The notes beneath the pieces were generated by a model that made no database searches, was not told the origin of the DNA, and saw only the letters and a program-made list of their open reading frames with translations. From the NCBI GenBank assembly GCA_003135555.1, contig PLCF01000072.1, positions 1 through 64,000 on the forward strand: 64,000 nucleotides of DNA, written 5' to 3'. Positions 61,244 to 64,000 of this stretch are shown here, in pieces. Each line of letters starts with the position of its first letter. The stretch's first letter is position 1. This DNA comes from Vulcanimicrobiota bacterium (GTDB taxonomy: Bacteria; Vulcanimicrobiota; Vulcanimicrobiia; Vulcanimicrobiales; Vulcanimicrobiaceae). Both the position numbers and the translations under genes were made by a program.

Positions 61244-61539
61244 TGTTGCTGAGACGCAACGACAAGGCAATCCTAAAAGCCTATAAGGAATTCTGGGACA
61301 AGGTGTGGTGGAATCGCCACCAAAACTGGGTCTATCGCATTGAGTCTAAACAGCAGCCTCTAACGAGAGAGCAGATGCCGCTTTTCAAACGGGCGGCGAG
61401 CGCCGCACGACGGATCGAACGCACGTACGGTAAGAAGAATCTTGGATGGGACGACTTTGAATGGGGCCTCCTGAGCGGTCGAATGTCGGCGCTAGCCTGG
61501 GTAATGGGCGGCGAATGGGACGAGTCCCTGGACACTTGA
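61123..61539 (+). CDS. Chimeric ORF: repeat-derived N-terminus fused to a foreign C-terminal domain
   Basis: The first 40 aa are the repeat. The rest ([11 protein letters not shown]...[31 protein letters not shown]) is AT-richer and resembles, from memory, the C-terminus of some PIN-like proteins. Confidence 0.65.
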   Translation: MRNRPAVDASLEAVAAIDAVLDRFGVGAMRVAASAGVRFVLLLRRNDKAILKAYKEFWDKVWWNRHQNWVYRIESKQQPLTREQMPLFKRAASAARRIERTYGKKNLGWDDFEWGLLSGRMSALAWVMGGEWDESLDT

Positions 61540-61656
61540 GCCGCCGCATTCGGCTGTTTTTCTATCTTGTGAAGGTACCAATCACCAATTGGTCATGACG
61601 GGGGACAAAGAGCTAAGCTAAGACATCAGGTATCTGTATGGCGCACGCTGCAAGCG

Positions 61657-63012
61657 TCAAAGTCGGCCGACGAGCCCGCTTAGCGCGGGGGTTCGCGAAA
61701 AGCGCCGATCACCAGGATCGGGCTCGACGATGCGGCGGGGTACTAAGTACGGCCGCGCCAGCTCCTCAACTTCATATCCAAAGCGCCGGGTCAAGCCGTC
61801 AATGCTCGGCTGGTTGGGCCTACCGTATTGCCTGAAAAGGTTGCCCGCAACGTCCTCAAACTCAACGATGACTTGTGCGATGACCCCCATGGGTTCGTAA
61901 TGGCCTGACCGTTTACTTAGCGGCACGGTTCGAACATAGCGGCCGCCATTTGCCGCAATGGTCACGGGAGCTTCCAAGGTCGTAAGTCCAGGAAGGAAAG
62001 CACGGACCTTGCTTGCAGCTCCTGGGCCGACATTCTCGACTACTAAGTCGATCTCGATGTTTGTTGGCTCAATCCTGCGAGTGGCTGCGACGAGAATATT
62101 TAGGCGCGGACGAAATGCCATAAGCCGTACGTCGTCTTCGAGGGCGTCGTACGGCATTCCGAACGGGCGATCGCGTTCGGCTAGGGCCTTTGCAAATGTC
62201 GCGGCTGCTTCGCTTGCGATATTAGCCTCTCGCGACGATGTCCCCGCGGAGCCTTCGGAACTCGGCATCGTCGGCGTCGCTGTCGACACCATCGCCGGCC
62301 TGAGGTGCCTCAGTAGTTGAGTCATAACTAGGTCGAGGTCGTCCGCCGGAAAATAGTTCAGCGTAGCAAGAAATGGGCTTAAGGATTGAAGCTTCTCACG
62401 CGGCACATCACACAGGAGCGGCAGTACAACGACCTTACGCTCTTCAATCTGACGCTTCAGCAATGCTTCAAGTTCGGCTCGTGGATAACTCTTCTCAAAG
62501 TACATCTGTGTCAGGATTAAGATCGCAAAGCGTGATTGCGTGAGCCCCTTTTGAATTGCCGAAAGCAGCGGCTCGCCCCACATAACGCGATCGCGGTCAT
62601 ACCAATAGGAAACCTTTTCCTCATCGAGCCTTTCGAGAAGCTTAGTCACGTAGCCACGGTCTTCGCCTGCGTACGAGACAAAGACATCGTATGGATAGTC
62701 CTCCTCGAACGAGCGGACTACGATCTCCTCGGCACCGCCGCTCGAACCGCGGCTCCGCTTTCGCGATCGAGCCATAATAGCCGCGCCACGTGTCGTCAGC
62801 GTAGCCATGCTTCCAGCTCTGATGCCGGCCGGATGGTGCTTTATATCCACTGCGCCCTCATCGGCTAGGATATCGAGCTCATCAAGAACAGCATCCGGGG
62901 TGAACCCGAGCTCCCTCGCTATCACGGCCGCGTCGAAGTATCGTTCACTCCCGCCGTCGTTCATCAACTGCTGCAGCGCTTCTAGGACGGCCAGGCTATC
63001 ATTATCCATCAT
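61657..63012 (-). CDS. wHTH-TIR-beta-sandwich protein, candidate defence protein
   Basis: N-terminal IARELGFTPDAVLDELDILADEG; TIR YDVFVSYAGED...YWYD...RAELEAL; C-terminal VENVGPGAA...VEFEDVAGN. Confidence 0.85.
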   Translation of the reverse strand: MMDNDSLAVLEALQQLMNDGGSERYFDAAVIARELGFTPDAVLDELDILADEGAVDIKHHPAGIRAGSMATLTTRGAAIMARSRKRSRGSSGGAEEIVVRSFEEDYPYDVFVSYAGEDRGYVTKLLERLDEEKVSYWYDRDRVMWGEPLLSAIQKGLTQSRFAILILTQMYFEKSYPRAELEALLKRQIEERKVVVLPLLCDVPREKLQSLSPFLATLNYFPADDLDLVMTQLLRHLRPAMVSTATPTMPSSEGSAGTSSREANIASEAAATFAKALAERDRPFGMPYDALEDDVRLMAFRPRLNILVAATRRIEPTNIEIDLVVENVGPGAASKVRAFLPGLTTLEAPVTIAANGGRYVRTVPLSKRSGHYEPMGVIAQVIVEFEDVAGNLFRQYGRPNQPSIDGLTRRFGYEVEELARPYLVPRRIVEPDPGDRRFSRTPALSGLVGRL

Positions 63013-63244
63013 TTTCCGTTTCTATCGTCGAATACTTAGCGGCCCAATAACAGGCATATAAAGCCGACGTCGCCGTTGGACATAGTCTAGCAGAATGTTG
63101 GCAGTTTCCGCTGCATTTTACGAGACGGTCCTATTCAGGATCTCAGATGAGTCCGCGTCACGCTCGCTTTGAGCTCGACCTCGCTTGTTCCCAAACGTTC
63201 GCACGCAATGAGTAGGTCGCAGTCGCGAACGATATCGTCGTCTA

Positions 63245-63484
63245 TTACCGACTGCAGACCGCTAAGACGGCCGCGGCAACCATATCGGTCTTCCAGCGTC
63301 GCGGTAGGATGACGGATGCCGTATTCGCAGTATACCTAGTGTTCCAATCTAAGATGCTGCGGGGCGCCATGATTCGCTCGTCACTGCAATCGCTCGGTGA
63401 TGCAATGAACACCTGATAGCAGGTACAGCCCTTATCGGCATTCAGCTGGACCGAGCGCCCGGAGGCCTCGGCCGAACTTTTCAA
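63245..63484 (-). pseudogene. DUF4062-like N-terminal fragment
   Basis: YQVFIASPSDCSDER...WN...LPRRW motif followed by an early stop. Confidence 0.55.
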
Positions 63485-63737
63485 CGACGCGGCACACGTA
63501 GGCGAAGGACCATCTTACGGCAACACATTGGTCACGATATCGTAGTCGCCGACGAACAATCCAACGAGCCCGTGATCATACTTGCAATGCATCCTCCCCT
63601 TCAGCACCGACCGGCGTGGACGCCGTCCGAACATCCCTCGAGATCTGCTCACACGGTCACCTTGCTCCTTAACTTGACCTCATAGCCATGGCTTTCCGCG
63701 CGACTGCCGCCGCTTGGAAACACCCCCGACCACGTGT

Positions 63738-64000
63738 GGCCACATGCCGCCGCTACGCTACGCGGGATGCGCAATCGTCCCGCGGTCGAAGCGAGCCCCG
63801 AAGCGGCCGCGGCGATCGACGCCGTTCTGGATCGGTTCGGTCCCGGCGCGTTACGGGTCGCGGCGAGCGCCGGCGTACGCTTCGTCCACTTGCGCGGTAG
63901 CGAACGCTACCGCGATCGCTCGCGCGCGCTGCGCAGGCTCGCCAGCGGGGTCGACGACTGGCCGGTACCGCCGGCCGGGCTCTTCGTCGTCGAGGAGCGC
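63738..64000 (+). repeat. Direct repeat copy 3 (runs off the window)
   Basis: TACGCT-n7-ATG; 71 of 78 aa identical to copy 1. Confidence 0.9.
63767..64000 (+). CDS. MRNRPAV-family ORF, partial (open at the window end)
   Basis: Manual translation: [78 protein letters not shown]. Confidence 0.75.
   Translation, partial: MRNRPAVEASPEAAAAIDAVLDRFGPGALRVAASAGVRFVHLRGSERYRDRSRALRRLASGVDDWPVPPAGLFVVEER

Noticed and set aside
63735..63744. Palindrome TGTGGCCACA at the left edge of copy 3 (GACG-GCCA-CGTC in copy 1) as a recombination site
   Set aside because: It is not conserved as a palindrome in copy 2 and is too short to call.
58627..64000. CRISPR array, classical integron or IS for the repeat region
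   Set aside because: The repeats are coding, 150-300 nt long and spaced by kilobases. I saw no cas, intI, attC consensus, transposase or terminal inverted repeats.

Overview
This is a gene-dense, high-GC bacterial window; the gene style suggests Eremiobacterota/Vulcanimicrobiia, but that is only an impression. I saw no rRNA, tRNA, CRISPR array, integrase or transposase. Positions 1-58.6 kb are mostly catabolic and transport genes: (1) a lipoprotein-type PHB depolymerase; (2) an esterase-COG4280-PhnDCE-like ABC operon; (3) a complete but split five-gene histidine utilisation pathway (hutF, hutI, hutG, hutH, hutU); (4) an uncharacterised TetR-linked cluster with an LLM monooxygenase, flavin reductase, CocE hydrolase, aldehyde dehydrogenase and an ABC importer with two binding proteins; (5) a small immunity-protein cluster; (6) an aerobic 2-aminobenzoyl-CoA (abm-type) cluster with its own ABC importer; (7) a PAS-GGDEF gene, a Rieske protein and a GH20 hexosaminidase. 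The most unusual part is the last 5.4 kb. One unit, a leaderless TACGCT promoter plus the 5' part of an ORF starting MRNRPAV..., occurs three times in direct orientation (ATGs at 58656, 61123 and 63767), with a fourth degenerate fragment. The two copies whose ends are visible break off at different points. The copies are separated by AT-richer cargo: a DUF900 hydrolase with a duplicated Cys domain, a captured foreign C-terminus, a wHTH-TIR protein and a DUF4062 remnant. This looks like a repeat-delimited cassette array or integration hotspot for defence-type genes, and it runs off the window end. All family assignments come from motif recognition, not database searches.
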